This document shows, one piece after another, positions 52,582-62,602 of a DNA stretch of 64,000 nucleotides; within the stretch, counting starts at the first letter, position 1; each line of letters begins with the position of its first letter. The position numbers and the translations under genes were made by a program. The notes under the pieces were generated by a model that was given only the letters and a program-made list of their open reading frames with translations, ran no database searches and was not told the DNA's origin. The stretch comes from Alphaproteobacteria bacterium (GTDB lineage Bacteria; Pseudomonadota; Alphaproteobacteria; Bin95): NCBI GenBank assembly GCA_965205265.1, contig CBDBGH010000003.1, forward strand, positions 3,360,001 to 3,424,000, given 5' to 3'.

Positions 52582-53745
52582 GTGTCCTGATCGATAAGTT
52601 TGTTGTACTATGGTCGTGTGTTTCATTGGAGGTCTGACCGGTGGGCAGAGCGGCTGTGGCGATTGTCTTGTCGGAAGCGGAACGACGTGAGTTGGAGGGG
52701 CTGGCGCGGCGCCGGAAGACGGCGCAGGGGCTGGCGCGGCGGGCCCGGATCGTTCTGGCGGCGGCCGAGGGGCTTGAGAACAAGGCGATCGTCGGGCGTC
52801 TGGGGGCGGACGCGAATACGGTCGGCAAGTGGCGCCGTCGCTTTGCCGAGCGCGGGCTCGACGGGCTCCTAGACGAGCCCCGCCCCGGAGCGCCGCGCAA
52901 GATCGGCGACGAGCAGATTGCCGAGGTGATCGCCCGCACCCTGGAAGAGACGCCGCCCGACGCGACGCACTGGAGCCTGCGCTCGATGGCCCGCGCGGTG
53001 GGCTATGCGCCGTCCACGATCCACCGTATCTGGCAAGCCTTCGGCCTGCAGCCGCACCGCTCGGAGACCTTCAAGCTGTCATCGGACCCGCTGTTCGTGG
53101 AGAAGGTCCGCGACATCGTGGGCCTCTATCTCGACCCGCCCGAGCGCGCGCTGGTGTTGTGCGTCGACGAGAAGAGCCAGATCCAGGCGCTGGATCGTTC
53201 CCAGCCGCTGCTGCCCATGCGGCCCGGCCAGGTCGAGCGGCGCAGCCATGACTATATGCGTCACGGCACCACGACGCTGTTCGCGGCGCTCGACATCGCC
53301 ACCGGCGAGATCGTCGGACAGTGTTTTGCGCGCCACCGCAGCCGCGAGTTCCTCAAGTTCCTGCGCACTCTCGAAGCCCGGCTTCCCGACGACCTCGACG
53401 TCCATCTGGTGATGGACAACTACGCAACCCACAAGACGGCGGCTGGCCGGCCATCCGCGCTGGCATGTCCACTTCACGCCGACCGGCGCCTCCTGGCTCA
53501 ACCAGGTCGAGCGCTTCTTCGCGCTCTTGACCGAAAAACAGCTCCGGCGCGGGGTCCATCGCTCGACCCAGGAACTCGAACAGGCCATTCGGCGCTACAT
53601 CGACACCGCCAACGCCAACCCCCGACCCTTCCGATGGACCAAGTCCGCAGACGATATCCTGGCAACCATCAAGCGCTTCTGTCTGCGAACGCTCGATACC
53701 GCCGAACGCCAAAGGGAAATCATCAAAACTTCAGAATCATGACAC
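52582..53745 (+). mobile_element. IS630-family element
   Basis: Inverted repeats GTGTCCTGAT..AAGTTT / rc GTGTCATGAT..AAGTTT, each end in a CTAG context (TA duplication). Confidence 0.92.
52641..53742 (+). pseudogene. IS630 transposase, frameshifted near 53440
   Basis: [18 protein letters not shown], then [23 protein letters not shown] in another frame, consistent with a small deletion. Confidence 0.85.
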
Positions 53746-53783
53746 TAGGATGTTTGGCCTATGGACAACCGTGATGTTGCTGC

Positions 53784-55433
53784 TCAATCGTCGGGTTTGA
53801 AGAGGCCGAGACCGAAGTGGCTGCCGAACCCGATGGCGAGCGGCCCGGCGATCTGTCCCGGCAAGGCAATGCGCAGGAGGGCACCAGCCGCGTCGGGCTG
53901 CTTCTCGCCTCCCCGCGAACGAAATCGGTGAAAATGGAGGGCGCGCCGATTACTTCCGCCGACCGCGATGCTTCCCAGTTTTTCGATCTCCGCTCCATCC
54001 GCATCCAGGCCGCGGCGCTGGAGCAGGCGACGAACCTCCCCCGGATAACCGGCTTTCTTCAGGTGCCCAGCGGCCAGAAACGGGGTGACACTTCGCCACC
54101 GCGCCGCCTTGCCGAAGATCTGGGCGCTCCCGGCAAAGTCAGCGGAACGACCGAATCCCTCGAGTGCAAGCCGCCATTCCTGGGTCGTTGGAGGTTCGGG
54201 GTCGTCGCCGGCCGGCCGCTGCTTCGGCGCAAGCCAGAGGCGGGTAATCCGATCAAGACGAACGCGGACATTGTCGTCGATGCCACTCTCGACATAGACC
54301 GAGATGTGGTCGATCCAACCGTCCGAGTCCGCATCTTCCGGCAGCCAGAACGCGTGGGGATGTGCGGGGTCCACCAAAGGTCGGCCGTCGGCGTCGCGCC
54401 CGGAGATTTGCCATGGAGCACAAGGAATCGAGCGGCCCGTCGCCTCGTCCTTCCTCCAGCCGAACTGCGCGAGTGCGGCGCGGCGCATGAGTTCCCCGAT
54501 CCTGACCGCATCTTCGATGCGGGGAAGGGGCCGTCCGGCGACCAGAAAGCGGGCGATGGTCGGCCTGTCTCGGCTCAGGACGGGGTGGCGACGCCGGGCG
54601 AGGGGGCGGGGCAATACGCCGGGGGTTGCATCGGTGCCACACATATAGACGATTTCGTGCGCGGCCGGCGGACGGCTCCAGCCCCGATCCTGATAGTCCG
54701 CGGTATCGAGTGCCAGCGCATCCACGAGCCGCTCCGGCAGCGTGTCTGCGCCGGTCGCCCTGCTCCGAAATGCCGTGACTGCTTGGCCGCGGTGGGCGTT
54801 CGATTCTCGCTGCTGCGACACAGCGCCGGGTGATTCCCGACCGGCATTCGCGATCAGGCGCTGCCGTTCGGCCGCATAGGCCGCGGGCGAGCGCGACGCG
54901 AGCAGGCGCACCGGAGTCTCGGCACTCCCGGCTCCTGCGGGCCGACAGTTCGCCTCGCCGTTCCAGTCGTCCACGGCCCGGCATTCCGTCCAGCTCTCCG
55001 CGCGGCCGAGCCAGCCGATCGACTCGGCGAGGTCGGCCGCCAGCCCGAACAGGTTTCCGTTCAGGGTCAGCTCGGGCCAGGCGGCGACGATCTCCGCCCC
55101 TTTCGGCAGGTGGATGAACCCGTCGAAGATGAGCGCCGTCTTCTCTCTCCCCTTGTCCAGCTTCCCCTGCGGCATGTAGTGGCGGGTGTGGGCGTGGATC
55201 GCACCCTCGGGCAGATGGTAGACGGGCGGCGCCTCGGCCAGCGCGTCGATGAGGGCGGCGAGATCGTCCTCCGGCCAGCGCGCGCGGTCGCCCTTGCGCC
55301 ACCACGCGGCGACGATCGCGCGCAACAGCCGCCAGGGCTCCGGCGGCCATGCGACGTCCGCCTCGTTGACGTTGCGGCCCCACGGCGTCGCGTGGTAGCG
55401 ACCGGCGGGGAAGCCGAAGGTCAGGGCGAACAT
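53784..55433 (-). CDS. csb2: Type I-G Csb2 (Cas5-Cas6 fusion)
   Basis: GRYHATPWG..WPPEPWRLLRA, WLGRAESW, WRSVTPF, GPLAIGFGSHFGLGLF. Confidence 0.93.
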   Translation of the reverse strand: MFALTFGFPAGRYHATPWGRNVNEADVAWPPEPWRLLRAIVAAWWRKGDRARWPEDDLAALIDALAEAPPVYHLPEGAIHAHTRHYMPQGKLDKGREKTALIFDGFIHLPKGAEIVAAWPELTLNGNLFGLAADLAESIGWLGRAESWTECRAVDDWNGEANCRPAGAGSAETPVRLLASRSPAAYAAERQRLIANAGRESPGAVSQQRESNAHRGQAVTAFRSRATGADTLPERLVDALALDTADYQDRGWSRPPAAHEIVYMCGTDATPGVLPRPLARRRHPVLSRDRPTIARFLVAGRPLPRIEDAVRIGELMRRAALAQFGWRKDEATGRSIPCAPWQISGRDADGRPLVDPAHPHAFWLPEDADSDGWIDHISVYVESGIDDNVRVRLDRITRLWLAPKQRPAGDDPEPPTTQEWRLALEGFGRSADFAGSAQIFGKAARWRSVTPFLAAGHLKKAGYPGEVRRLLQRRGLDADGAEIEKLGSIAVGGSNRRALHFHRFRSRGGEKQPDAAGALLRIALPGQIAGPLAIGFGSHFGLGLFKPDD

Positions 55434-55437
55434 CCGT

Positions 55438-56379
55438 CTACTTCCGCCAGGTGACGGTCAGCACGCGGCTGTCTCTGTCTCCGAAGAGTCCCTGTGCTCC
55501 GACGGCATCGATCAGGGCGGGAAGCTCGGCCTCCAGGTCGGCAAGGTCGGGGAGGTCGAAGCGGTCGGGACGCGTGACCACGATTTCGTGAACATCGAGG
55601 TCGCAGGCGGTGCGCAGGCGCAGCCCCTCGACCAGGAAGCGCCGAATCTTGAAGAGGGCCATCGCGATGAGCAGCCGTTCGACCGCATCACCCAGACCGA
55701 ACGCCCGGATCTGCCGCAGGTCGAGGTTGAAGAAGGCCGTGATCCGCTCGGCCACCCACTCGTCCCGTGCAAAGAGGACGTTGCCCTCGCCTTGCTTCAA
55801 CTTGGGGTCAAGTCGATTAAACTTTACACCGACGCTCGCCGCCACCTTCGCATTCGAGGCTTCGATGAAGGCGGACAGCACTCGGGGCAACCGAATCACG
55901 CCGGCTATCTCTTCCAGAAATACCCCATGAACAAGGGAGTTAACATCGTATTTGAGTAATGCTGGCACCAGTTGTCCATGAATATTGAATGGTCGATTCG
56001 CCTCGAAACCGATTTCATTCCTGATTCGTTCAAACCCCTCGGCTCGCGCGATGTATTCCGAGTTAATGCGGTGCGCTTCGAGTACCGAATTAGTAATGCG
56101 CTCTCCTTTGGCGTTGACGACGCGAACGTATGGCAGTCCCTTCAATGGAATAACCCAGTCGTCAGCGTTCTCGTCCCAGCACACCGCCTCCAGGCGGTTC
56201 GCCATGGACTGGGCGCTCTCGACGAGCACGATCCGGCCCTGCCCGTCCGGTGATTCGTAGACGGCGTGGCCGAGATTGGGGAACCCCGTCGGCTGGAATC
56301 GGCTGCCCTGGACGGGGGTCAGTGTCGCTTCGACGAGCAGGCGCGGCGCGCCGTCGAGCGGGGTCAGATCAAGCGGCAT
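55438..56379 (-). CDS. csb1: Type I-G Cas7 (Csb1)
   Basis: RFQPTGFPNLG, LVESAQSMANRLE, EAHRINS, LRLRTACDL. Confidence 0.93.
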   Translation of the reverse strand: MPLDLTPLDGAPRLLVEATLTPVQGSRFQPTGFPNLGHAVYESPDGQGRIVLVESAQSMANRLEAVCWDENADDWVIPLKGLPYVRVVNAKGERITNSVLEAHRINSEYIARAEGFERIRNEIGFEANRPFNIHGQLVPALLKYDVNSLVHGVFLEEIAGVIRLPRVLSAFIEASNAKVAASVGVKFNRLDPKLKQGEGNVLFARDEWVAERITAFFNLDLRQIRAFGLGDAVERLLIAMALFKIRRFLVEGLRLRTACDLDVHEIVVTRPDRFDLPDLADLEAELPALIDAVGAQGLFGDRDSRVLTVTWRK

Positions 56380-58906
56380 CGGTCGTTTTCTCCGTTGGAA
56401 AGCCGTCGTCGGGCAACGCATCGGGCCAGACGCGAGCGAGCAGCGCCTTCAGGTCACGGTCTCCGATCGGGATCAGAAGCGAGGCAGCCAGCCGGTCGGC
56501 CCGGACGCCGACGCCGATCCGACTGGCTGCGTGGCCGTGCGAGCCCGCCGGATCGAAAGGGGAGGCGAGGCCCGACGCACGAGCGCGGACCAAGGCGGTG
56601 CGGACCGCTTCGTCGGTCGCTCGCCCGTCCCGGCTGCCGCCGCCGGCGCGCAGGCGAGCCAGCAACCCGGGCGGCAGCGGCAGGCGGGCCTCGCCGTCGA
56701 GCGCCCCGGCGCACCGAAGGGCCGCATCGGTGGAGAACAGCGGCTTCAGAGCGGCATATGCGAGAGGTGGCCGCCTTGCGGGCGCACCGCCGCCATGTAT
56801 CCGGCTCCCCAACCGCGCCGGGGCCGCCCATACCAGGCCGGCAAGCAACGCGGCGCATCTTGCGTCGTCGAAATCACCTTCGATGAACGCGGCGACGTCT
56901 GCGGCCCCTGCGAAGGCGGCGCCCGCGAGCGGCTTGTCCAGCAGCTTGCGTATCGCCGCCTCGACCATCCGCCGCTCCAGAACCGCGATCATGTTCGAGA
57001 CGAGGCGTCCGGCCCCCCAGACGACGGTGGGTGGAGGGTCGGCAGAGTGCCATGTCCGGCGTTCGCGGAGGTTCGTCCTGTTGAAGAATCGTTCTCCGTC
57101 GATCGCGACCGGGGCGAAATGGGCCGCCATCGGCAGCGCGGATACGGCTGGAGATCGGGAAGCCTCTCCCGGTGTCTTCATCATGCGATGTGGATGCCCC
57201 GGGTCCGTTGCAGGGCGAGCGTCCGCCGAGGCGGCGTCCGCCGATGCAGGTGCGGGCTGGCCGGAAGGCGCCAGTGGAGGAAGTCCGAGGCTGGCGAGGG
57301 CGGCCGCGACCCGGAATTCAGGTGTGCCGTCGTCCGCCTGCCGAATCCAGTCCCGCGACAACCTCGGCGGAGGATTCAGCTTTTCGCGGGCTTTTCGATT
57401 CGTGGCCAGCCACTCGACGAAGCCGCCGATAGCCAACAGTGCGTTGCGGGACCCTTCGGGCGCCCGGGCCGCATCCGTCATCTGGAACAGCGCATCCTCC
57501 AGTCGGCGCATTGCCTGCCGGGCGCGACTCGGGGCTGCCCTCCGGTTACCGGTCAGCCGCTGCGCCTGCCCGAGCCAGTTACCGGCTTCCAGATCGACGA
57601 TCAGGTCTCGGCGTGGATGGGCGGGCGTGGCAATTCGACCGAGAGGAGTCGCCTGATACGGCATAATCCTGTTGCTGTCGGGCTGAATGAGGGAATAGCG
57701 CTCGAAGCTGCTGATTCCCCGAGCGAGCCCAATCTGTGCGACGGCGCGGGCGGCATCAAGGCCGGTACGCGCGGTGCGGTCTCCCAGGGTGAGCCTGCCT
57801 TCCGAGAAGATGGCCATGATCTCGATGAACGCGGCGGGTTTCTTCCACAGTGGCGCCCAGATTTCACCGCGAGGACGCAACGGGTCTTCAGGGGAGAAGT
57901 TCCCGGCGGCGGCCCCGATGGGTTCGAAGGTGAACGGGAAGGAGGCTCGGCTGCCGCCCGCCGCCGCCCAGCTTCGGGTCAGGGCGCCGGCGAATGCAAT
58001 GGTTCCCTCCATCGCCAGCACGACATCCCACGGGTTCAGAGGATTCTTGCCTTCGAATCCGGTCGTTGCATTGCGGCCACCTTGGCCGGGACGGAACTGG
58101 CCTATCGTTGCGCGGTTATCAAGGCGGCCTCCGCCGAAGAGTGCGCCATCGAGCGACGATTTTCCGAATACCGTCGCGATGCCGTCGTCGTCGTCCACCT
58201 TGAACAGCCGGGCCAGTCCGTCCGCGAAGTTGACACCGAACTCGCGGCGGCTGTCGATCCCTCCAGACCCGAGCAAGGGCATCGGAGTTTCCTCGGTCGA
58301 GAGAACATAGCAGGCATCGACATACGAGACATGCTCCGGCTCCGTTGTCGATCGCAGAGACAGAAGCAGCATCCGCTTGGACTGCTTCTCCTTCTTCTTC
58401 GCCGCCTTCCTTTTCTCCTCCCGGGATTTTCTCTCCTCTCCCTGCAATGTCTTTATCTCTTTCTCGAGAGCCTTCCTCCTTGTACGAAGGTGGTTTTGCC
58501 TGACAAGCTCATCATTCCCGCGCGAACGTTCGATAGTCCGCCGCGTGTTCGCGAAACGAGGGGCCGGGCTTGCTCCAAACCTGCGCATGAGGTCGGCGCC
58601 GGCGCGCGTCGAGTCTTTCTGCCCGTCTCCTTCGAGGAATCCGGCGCTGCCATTCCACGGGGCGATGATCGGGCTCGGTGCGTAGTCCTCCAGAAAGAAG
58701 CGGAATACCTCTTCGCGAGCGAGCGCGGTCCTCAGATGAAAGCGCTCGTTCTCCCACCAGCCCCGCACGCGCGGGTCGGCGGCCTCGCCGCTGACGTTGT
58801 TGGCCGGCGACGAGAGCAGGCGCAGGACGCCGAGCGCCTTCAGGTAGGACGCCAGTGGCGTGGGGGCGCATCCGTCGAGCGCGATCGGCTCAGGCGTCGT
58901 CATCAC
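56369..58906 (-). CDS. csx17: Type I-G large subunit Cas8g (Csx17)
   Basis: LDGCAPTPLASYLKALGVLRL, YAPSPIIAPWNG, NPWDVVLAMEG, GEIWAPLW, FERY. Confidence 0.92.
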   Translation of the reverse strand: MMTTPEPIALDGCAPTPLASYLKALGVLRLLSSPANNVSGEAADPRVRGWWENERFHLRTALAREEVFRFFLEDYAPSPIIAPWNGSAGFLEGDGQKDSTRAGADLMRRFGASPAPRFANTRRTIERSRGNDELVRQNHLRTRRKALEKEIKTLQGEERKSREEKRKAAKKKEKQSKRMLLLSLRSTTEPEHVSYVDACYVLSTEETPMPLLGSGGIDSRREFGVNFADGLARLFKVDDDDGIATVFGKSSLDGALFGGGRLDNRATIGQFRPGQGGRNATTGFEGKNPLNPWDVVLAMEGTIAFAGALTRSWAAAGGSRASFPFTFEPIGAAAGNFSPEDPLRPRGEIWAPLWKKPAAFIEIMAIFSEGRLTLGDRTARTGLDAARAVAQIGLARGISSFERYSLIQPDSNRIMPYQATPLGRIATPAHPRRDLIVDLEAGNWLGQAQRLTGNRRAAPSRARQAMRRLEDALFQMTDAARAPEGSRNALLAIGGFVEWLATNRKAREKLNPPPRLSRDWIRQADDGTPEFRVAAALASLGLPPLAPSGQPAPASADAASADARPATDPGHPHRMMKTPGEASRSPAVSALPMAAHFAPVAIDGERFFNRTNLRERRTWHSADPPPTVVWGAGRLVSNMIAVLERRMVEAAIRKLLDKPLAGAAFAGAADVAAFIEGDFDDARCAALLAGLVWAAPARLGSRIHGGGAPARRPPLAYAALKPLFSTDAALRCAGALDGEARLPLPPGLLARLRAGGGSRDGRATDEAVRTALVRARASGLASPFDPAGSHGHAASRIGVGVRADRLAASLLIPIGDRDLKALLARVWPDALPDDGFPTEKTTDAA

Positions 58907-61460
58907 CGCTCTCCTGTTCCTTCGCCGACGCTCGCCAGTCGGCGATGCGGACGATGGTCTCCATCCAGGCGAGACGGAAGGGGCCGAACCGTTTCAGCAG
59001 ATCGCGCGTGCGCTCGGTCCAGCTCTCGCGCGTCACGTCGTCCCAGCCGAGCTCCATGATCGACAGGGTGAGCGGGCCGCCGGCCCAGCGTTCGCCGGCG
59101 CCGAGATCGAAGCCCGGAATCTCGTCGCCTTCCCATATCCCGCGGGCGAAGCGTGCGCCCGCCTGTTCGCCCGTTGGCGCCTGCTCGCGCGGCAGCGCAC
59201 GGAGGTTCATCCGCACCTTCCCGTGATGGGAAGCGATCAGCCAGGCCACGAGATCGGCGTCGCGCGACCAGTGCTCGTGTTGGAGGAACGCGAGAGCGGA
59301 CGCAAGCTCGTGCCGGAAGAAGATGCGGCCGTGACGCAGATGCGTTGCGACCGTCTTCGCGAGGAACCCTTGATCTCCACTATCGGACTCGGGCAGCCCT
59401 CGGCGCATGGTGTCCTGGAAGACTTCGTGCGCCTTGCCAAGATCGTGCCAGCGCGCCGCCCGGACAATGGCCTCGCGGGTCTCGGAATCGGTGGCGAGAG
59501 CACGGCAGAGGGCCTCTGCCTCCTCGGCGACACGGGCGAGATGTTCGGTGAGCGGCACCGGCACGCCGATCATGCTTCGCGGATCTTCGTCATGGCCCTC
59601 CTCGTCCACAGCCGATGGTGGATCCGAGCCGGAGGTGAGAGCCGGGGAGCCTGCGACCGGCGTCGGAACGTCTTCTGGATTGCCCGTGAACCCGATGGAT
59701 TCATCGTATCCGCCGGCCTCCGTAGCCACGAGCAGGATCATTCCCGGCCACGGAGGATCCCGGAAGGGCCTCCAGCCGAGCGGCGTCTTGCCGGCCGGGC
59801 CCCCGGTGCTTCGCCACTGCGGGTCGCGGACGAAGACGAAATCGCCGACATGCTTATCGCGCACCTTCTTCAGCCACTCTCCGGCCTGGCCGATGGGAGC
59901 GGCACACAGCTCGCCCGCATGAGGCCGGGGCGGCACTTGGCCGGCTGCGGACCCCTCGCGCAGATCGCGCCAGAAGATGCGGACATCGGTGTCGTCCGTG
60001 TCCCGGACCCAGGGAGAGACATCGACATCGAAGCCGGTCAGATCGGGGTCCGTATCGAAGAGATCGTCCAGATCCTTCCGGCGGATGACCCGCCGTGGCG
60101 GATCGACGGCGCCCGGCGGGGGGAGGTTCGCGGGAGCCGCGTCGGCCAGCGACGCAAGTCGTTCGCGCGCCTCTTGCAGCTCCTCGGTCAGGTAGGGGAG
60201 CGCCAGGTCGCGCTCGGCCTTCTCGTCCCCCGATTCGCCGAGCAGGTCGATCCAGTGAATGTCGGCGCCGCCATCGAGCTCCGCGTACCGGTTCGCGCGA
60301 CCGAAGCGCTGCACCAGGGACGGCCAGGGCGCGAGCTCGGTGAACAGGACGGCGGCGGAGATGTCGACACCGGCTTCGACGGCCTGCGTGGCGACCACGA
60401 TGATGTCATTCGGCTCACTCGACCCGCCGCTGGCGACCTTGCCCATCTCCCGCTCGCGCTCGGCCGGGCGAAAGCGCGAGTGGACGAGGGCCAGCACCGG
60501 CGACGGTGCTTCACGTTGTGGCGGCGATCGCTTGATCGCCGCATGAAGCTCTCGATGAAGTTCCTGCGCCCGCGCCACCCGGTTGACGATCACGAGGGTC
60601 ATGTGCCCGGTGCGGTGGGCGGCCAGGATCGATTCCGCGAGCTCCCCGACATAGCGCTTCAAGTCCTCGGACTTCGCAGACGCCGGTCCGATGTCGGAAC
60701 GGCGAAGCGCCTTCCTCGCCTTCGCGAGGCGGGCAAGCCGGCCGTCCGCCGCCGCACCCGGATCGACCCGCGCCACCGTTTCCGGTGCCGGCTCGGCATG
60801 GTCCACGGTCCTGAGCCAGGCCGGCTCGAGGGTGGCGGAGATCCAGAGGCTGCGGGCGGGGTGGCCGTTCGGTCGATGCGCCCGCGCGGCGCGCTCGGCC
60901 TCGTGGCGACGAAAGGCTTCGAGCTGGGCCGAGGTAGCGCGGCCTGCCCCCATGAGCTGGACTTCGTCGAAGACCCACCGGGTGTCGTCGTGAAGCAGCG
61001 CGAACTCCATCGGCCAGTTGGCCCGCGAAGCAGCGTAGCCGCGCATGAGCGCACGGCTGAGAAGCATGTCCTGGGTGCCGACGAGCACCGCCGGACGTTC
61101 GGGTTTCTCGATCCAGCCGCCCGCCTCGACGCCGCCCACGAGGACATGAACATCTTCCGGTCCCGGGAGCCTGTCAGAACCGCTCGTTTCGGCCGCCAGC
61201 CGCGCAACCCAGTCTCTGACAGCTTCCGCGGTTTGTTCGACCAAGGTTCGCATCGGGAGGCACCACACCAGTCGGCGCGGCGTCGTTTCGGACGATCGCA
61301 AGCGGTGCGCTATCCATCCGAGGGTGACCGCCGCGGTCTTGCCCGAGCCGGTCGGCGCTACAAGGACTTGCGGCCAGTCGTCCGCCATGAGGGCGTGCTG
61401 CCAAGGATCCGGCTTTCGGTTCTCGCCGAAAGCAATCCGATAAATCTCTGCTCCGTCCAA
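58890..61460 (-). CDS. cas3: Type I-G Cas3 (helicase with C-terminal HD nuclease)
   Basis: PTGSGKT, DEVQ, QRFGRANR; C-terminal LTEH, WHDLGK, RHE, SHHG, IADWRAS. Confidence 0.95.
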   Translation of the reverse strand: MDGAEIYRIAFGENRKPDPWQHALMADDWPQVLVAPTGSGKTAAVTLGWIAHRLRSSETTPRRLVWCLPMRTLVEQTAEAVRDWVARLAAETSGSDRLPGPEDVHVLVGGVEAGGWIEKPERPAVLVGTQDMLLSRALMRGYAASRANWPMEFALLHDDTRWVFDEVQLMGAGRATSAQLEAFRRHEAERAARAHRPNGHPARSLWISATLEPAWLRTVDHAEPAPETVARVDPGAAADGRLARLAKARKALRRSDIGPASAKSEDLKRYVGELAESILAAHRTGHMTLVIVNRVARAQELHRELHAAIKRSPPQREAPSPVLALVHSRFRPAEREREMGKVASGGSSEPNDIIVVATQAVEAGVDISAAVLFTELAPWPSLVQRFGRANRYAELDGGADIHWIDLLGESGDEKAERDLALPYLTEELQEARERLASLADAAPANLPPPGAVDPPRRVIRRKDLDDLFDTDPDLTGFDVDVSPWVRDTDDTDVRIFWRDLREGSAAGQVPPRPHAGELCAAPIGQAGEWLKKVRDKHVGDFVFVRDPQWRSTGGPAGKTPLGWRPFRDPPWPGMILLVATEAGGYDESIGFTGNPEDVPTPVAGSPALTSGSDPPSAVDEEGHDEDPRSMIGVPVPLTEHLARVAEEAEALCRALATDSETREAIVRAARWHDLGKAHEVFQDTMRRGLPESDSGDQGFLAKTVATHLRHGRIFFRHELASALAFLQHEHWSRDADLVAWLIASHHGKVRMNLRALPREQAPTGEQAGARFARGIWEGDEIPGFDLGAGERWAGGPLTLSIMELGWDDVTRESWTERTRDLLKRFGPFRLAWMETIVRIADWRASAKEQESGDDDA

Positions 61461-61891
61461 TTTGTCCTCTCCCGAGGCTGCGGAGGCTTACTTCACGGAC
61501 CGAAGGCGCAGTCTGGCAATCGCCGCCTCAGAGTAGGCTCTCTCGAGTATCAATCGTCGAGTTCGACGAAATTCTGCCGCGCGGGCACTCTTGATTACCG
61601 GCATTTGGCATTCGATGCCAGCTATTTGCTTCGTCCTGAAGGCCATTCAGGCGGAGACCGGATGGTGCGAAGGAGATGATCGGGGCGGCTGCTTGATCAT
61701 TTCGTCCGGGTGTCGCCCCGCGGGCGTGTCGGGGAACGGTGCTTCAGCAACCCGGAACATAAGCAGGTGGAAATATTTTTCACCCTCCAGCGCCGGGCAT
61801 GCGCGGCATGCGCCGCCAAGAGCATAAAGCGCAGGATTTGCCATATCCAAGACGGTTTCCCCGCCCGTCCGTGTTCCCTATCTGTCTTCGC

Positions 61892-62578
61892 ATGAAGGCC
61901 TCGGAGACAGTCCTGCCCGGCATCCTGGCGGCCCGGTTTCTGCGGGCGGTCGAGGCTTGGTGCGCCCGAAGCGGGATGAGCGCCGGGGCGTTCGGCGCGG
62001 CCGCGGTCGGCGACCGGGGCTTCGTCGCTTCCGTGCGCAACGGCCGGAACCTGCGCCTCGCGACGGTGGACCGGGCGCTCGCCGTCATGGGCGCGCCGCC
62101 GGCCGGCCCCGCCTTCCGCCGGGAGGTCGAGGCGTTTCTCGCGGTGACGGGGATCAAGCGCTCGCTGTTCGGACAGGAGGCGACGGGCAACCCCTCTTTC
62201 GTCGCGCATCTGCTCGGCGGCGTGTCGCCGACGCTGGCGACGGTGGAGGCGGTGCGCGCGGCGATGCGGTCGCTGGCAAGCCCGGTCGAACGGCATGAGG
62301 TCCGCGCCCGCGCCGGCGCGATGCCGGCGCTGCTGACCGGCGCCCCGTGGCCGCTGCCGGCGTTGCCCGCGGAGGAACCGGCCCGGCCGGCCCGCAGCGG
62401 GGACCGGGGGTATGTGGACACCCGCGAGGCGGCGGCCCGGCTCGGACTTTCCCCGGCGACGCTGGCGCGCTACCGCATCACCGGAGAGGGACCGTGGTTC
62501 CACCGCTTCGGGGGCTGCGTGCGCTACCGGGGCGACCACCTGGAAGCCTGGGCCGCCGAACGCAGGATATCGCGGTGA
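61892..62578 (+). CDS. Tandem HTH-like repeats plus excisionase/AlpA-like HTH
   Basis: Two similar ~55-aa units (FG.aA.G...FV..l..G....LATV) then DTREAAARLGLSPATLARYR..GEGP.F......VRY. Confidence 0.75.
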   Translation: MKASETVLPGILAARFLRAVEAWCARSGMSAGAFGAAAVGDRGFVASVRNGRNLRLATVDRALAVMGAPPAGPAFRREVEAFLAVTGIKRSLFGQEATGNPSFVAHLLGGVSPTLATVEAVRAAMRSLASPVERHEVRARAGAMPALLTGAPWPLPALPAEEPARPARSGDRGYVDTREAAARLGLSPATLARYRITGEGPWFHRFGGCVRYRGDHLEAWAAERRISR

Positions 62579-62602
62579 GGCCGGACGTCCCCGGACACGG
62601 GG

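Noticed and set aside
50127-52637. ORFs with repeating YPGRARPGLIEA peptides
   Set aside because: Translations of CRISPR repeats.
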